NCBI GenBank assembly: GCA_020184695.1
Contig: JAANOX010000128.1
Coordinates: forward strand, 186,001-250,000
Source: Histomonas meleagridis 2922-C6/04-290x
Taxonomy: Eukaryota > Protista > Parabasalia
DNA: 64,000 bases
Reading direction: 5' to 3'
The translations under genes and the position numbers were made by a program. The notes below the pieces were generated by a model. The model was not told the origin of the DNA. It worked only from the letters and a program-made list of their open reading frames with translations, and did no database searches. Within the stretch, counting starts at the first letter, position 1; every line of letters begins with the position of its first letter. Of this stretch, positions 62,051 to 64,000 are shown piece after piece.

Positions 62051-63370
62051 ATGGAAAAGAAAAAAACAAAATATTTCACATATAAAATACACCACGCACA
62101 AGTACTTGATGATATTTTAAACAAAAATATTGTTGATAAATATATCACAAAAAATCCATCAATAAAAAATCGATTACAAACATCAGATAATATAAATCAA
62201 ACAAAATACAAAACTCAAACATCAAAATACATCAACAAAGAAAAAGACAATAACCAGCTTTTTACGAAAACCGTTCATGAATATTCAACACGAAAGTATC
62301 ATATTGAAAAATCAGATTACAAAAATTATAATCATTTAATAAATGCAAGATCATATAAAAGCACAATGAATTCTACTTTAAAATCATTTACTTTAAATCA
62401 ACACAAAAATAATGATTTTGATTTTAATCATAATAACATAAATGTATTTCATGATACATTTCATCACAATTCAAATAAAAGTAATACACAATACAATGAA
62501 AAATCGCAAAATATTATTTCAAGAATTCAAAATGATTATCATCATAAAAATTCCAATCAAAAAATAAAGAAGAAACTTGCAAAAGTAAACAACGAAAATA
62601 TTGAAACGAACAAATTATCAATTTCTAATATGGGAATTATTGATTTATCTCCAGTTACCATTCATAAGAAAACAAAAACAAAGGAAGCAAATCAAAATCA
62701 AAAACGCATTAAAAAGAAAATCAATTCAAGAACAAACGAAATTGATGACAATGAAATTCATGAAACAAAAAATATTAATTACAATCAAATTCCATCAAAA
62801 ATATTAAATCAAAAAATTAACAATAAAATTCCAATTATTGAAACCGAATCAAATGTTTCATCATTTGCTTCTCATTCATTCTTTGACCGTAAATATGAAA
62901 GTGATAGTTATTTAATATCACCACGAAAAGACTCGAATCAAAAATTTGTTGTTCCAAATAAAAATTTTCTTGAATTAAATAATGAAAAATTAAATAAAAA
63001 TGATGAAACTTTTAATCATGAAGAAGAACTTCTTGAACTTAGTGATATTGACATAAGTGATTTTGAAGAAGTGGAAAGAAAAATTCTCCTTCAAAACTCA
63101 TCTTCTGATGAAATGTTTTTGGATGAAGAAGAACTGAGCGAAGGATCAGTAATGAACTCTTCTGAAATTGATCGATTTGTTGAAGAAGAATGTGTTGATG
63201 AAAGAATTGATCAGCAAATCATTGATTTAATTCATAGATGTAAAAATGATTCATATTCTATGAAGTTAATCGATGAAAATGATGAATTAGATATAAATAC
63301 ATATGAAATCTTTGACATGGCAGATAAGATACTTGCGAAAGAGCTATGTAACATATTATATTGTTTGTAA
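62051..63370 (+). CDS. Hypothetical low-complexity Asn/Lys-rich protein with acidic C-terminus
   Basis: 439-aa ATG-started ORF. Confidence 0.7.
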   Translation: MEKKKTKYFTYKIHHAQVLDDILNKNIVDKYITKNPSIKNRLQTSDNINQTKYKTQTSKYINKEKDNNQLFTKTVHEYSTRKYHIEKSDYKNYNHLINARSYKSTMNSTLKSFTLNQHKNNDFDFNHNNINVFHDTFHHNSNKSNTQYNEKSQNIISRIQNDYHHKNSNQKIKKKLAKVNNENIETNKLSISNMGIIDLSPVTIHKKTKTKEANQNQKRIKKKINSRTNEIDDNEIHETKNINYNQIPSKILNQKINNKIPIIETESNVSSFASHSFFDRKYESDSYLISPRKDSNQKFVVPNKNFLELNNEKLNKNDETFNHEEELLELSDIDISDFEEVERKILLQNSSSDEMFLDEEELSEGSVMNSSEIDRFVEEECVDERIDQQIIDLIHRCKNDSYSMKLIDENDELDINTYEIFDMADKILAKELCNILYCL

Positions 63371-63465
63371 ATATTAAAATGTTTAAGATCTGAATTTTAA
63401 CTATCGCATTGTCACTTTTTACTTCGTGTGCCGTTTATTTTTTTGTTTTTGAACGTTAATTTGCA

Positions 63466-64000
63466 ATGGATTTGCAAGCAATGGACAGAGAATTTGTGAG
63501 GGAACAACTCACAAAACTAGGCTATAAAGATCTAACAGATGAACTAATTGACGAGTTTTTGGAAAGACTTCAAGAAGACGACGATCTTGATTATTCTTAT
63601 TCCAAACAAAATACCACATCTACATCAAAAGAATCAACTCCAAACAAACAACAGAATAAAACCTCACCAGAAAAAACTAGGGTATCAATTGATGATAATT
63701 CAGTTGATGATTACGAAAGTAAAAGTCAACAAAATACATCACACAGTAGCTCTCAATCACCACGTAAGCAAAGGTCACCTAAAAGAAATAAAGATGATGA
63801 TGATGAAATCACTGAATGGACAAAAAGGATTCAACGTCTCAACAAAAAAGCAAAAGGCCTTGATCTCCAAATTGAAGAGTGCAGGTCTGCAATAATGGAT
63901 CCACCAACTGAGCATGTAGATGTTCCTTTATACTTTGGGACTTCAGAACGAAAGCTGGATCCATATCCATCCGTTCCATACAGAAACGCTGGATTTATCC
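63466..64000 (+). CDS. Hypothetical protein, 5' part only (possibly HYLS1-like)
   Basis: Stop-free frame from ATG 63466 to the edge: MDLQAMDREFVREQLTKLGYKDLTDELIDEFLERL...; not in the ORF track. Family guess rests on the QL..LGY...L..EF motif only. Confidence 0.65.
   Translation, partial: MDLQAMDREFVREQLTKLGYKDLTDELIDEFLERLQEDDDLDYSYSKQNTTSTSKESTPNKQQNKTSPEKTRVSIDDNSVDDYESKSQQNTSHSSSQSPRKQRSPKRNKDDDDEITEWTKRIQRLNKKAKGLDLQIEECRSAIMDPPTEHVDVPLYFGTSERKLDPYPSVPYRNAGFI

Overview
AT-rich eukaryotic DNA, most likely a parabasalid (trichomonad-like) protist. This is inferred from DUF3447-type ankyrin genes, an initiator-binding-domain protein, Myb/Rab paralogues and near-absence of GT-AG introns. 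The flanks (1-27.8 kb, 44.8-64 kb) carry housekeeping and signalling genes: Sec61-gamma, Spg1/Tem1, a divergent dynein heavy chain, RasGEF, a GAF-PDE, Rabs, a TBC GAP, a porin, an NTPDase, a HAD phosphatase and a Myb. The middle (27.8-44.7 kb) is an accessory zone of gene relics with three minus-strand DUF3447-ankyrin loci. Main discovery: in these loci the four-codon beta-hairpin of almost every ankyrin repeat (D-x-x-G-x-T) is written one codon at a time, with an AT-rich 17-nt spacer (ATTT...ATTT-like, no GT-AG) before each codon. Across 30 cassettes (118 spacers, 116 of exactly 17 nt by my hand count), removing the spacers gives about 119 codons with no stop and Gly in the third slot in 24/30. 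Locus B becomes one open 736-aa protein. Two loops lack all spacers and two have one fewer, giving internal controls. The decoding mechanism (non-canonical splicing, ribosomal hopping, transcriptional or DNA-level excision) cannot be determined from sequence. All alignments and counts were done by eye.
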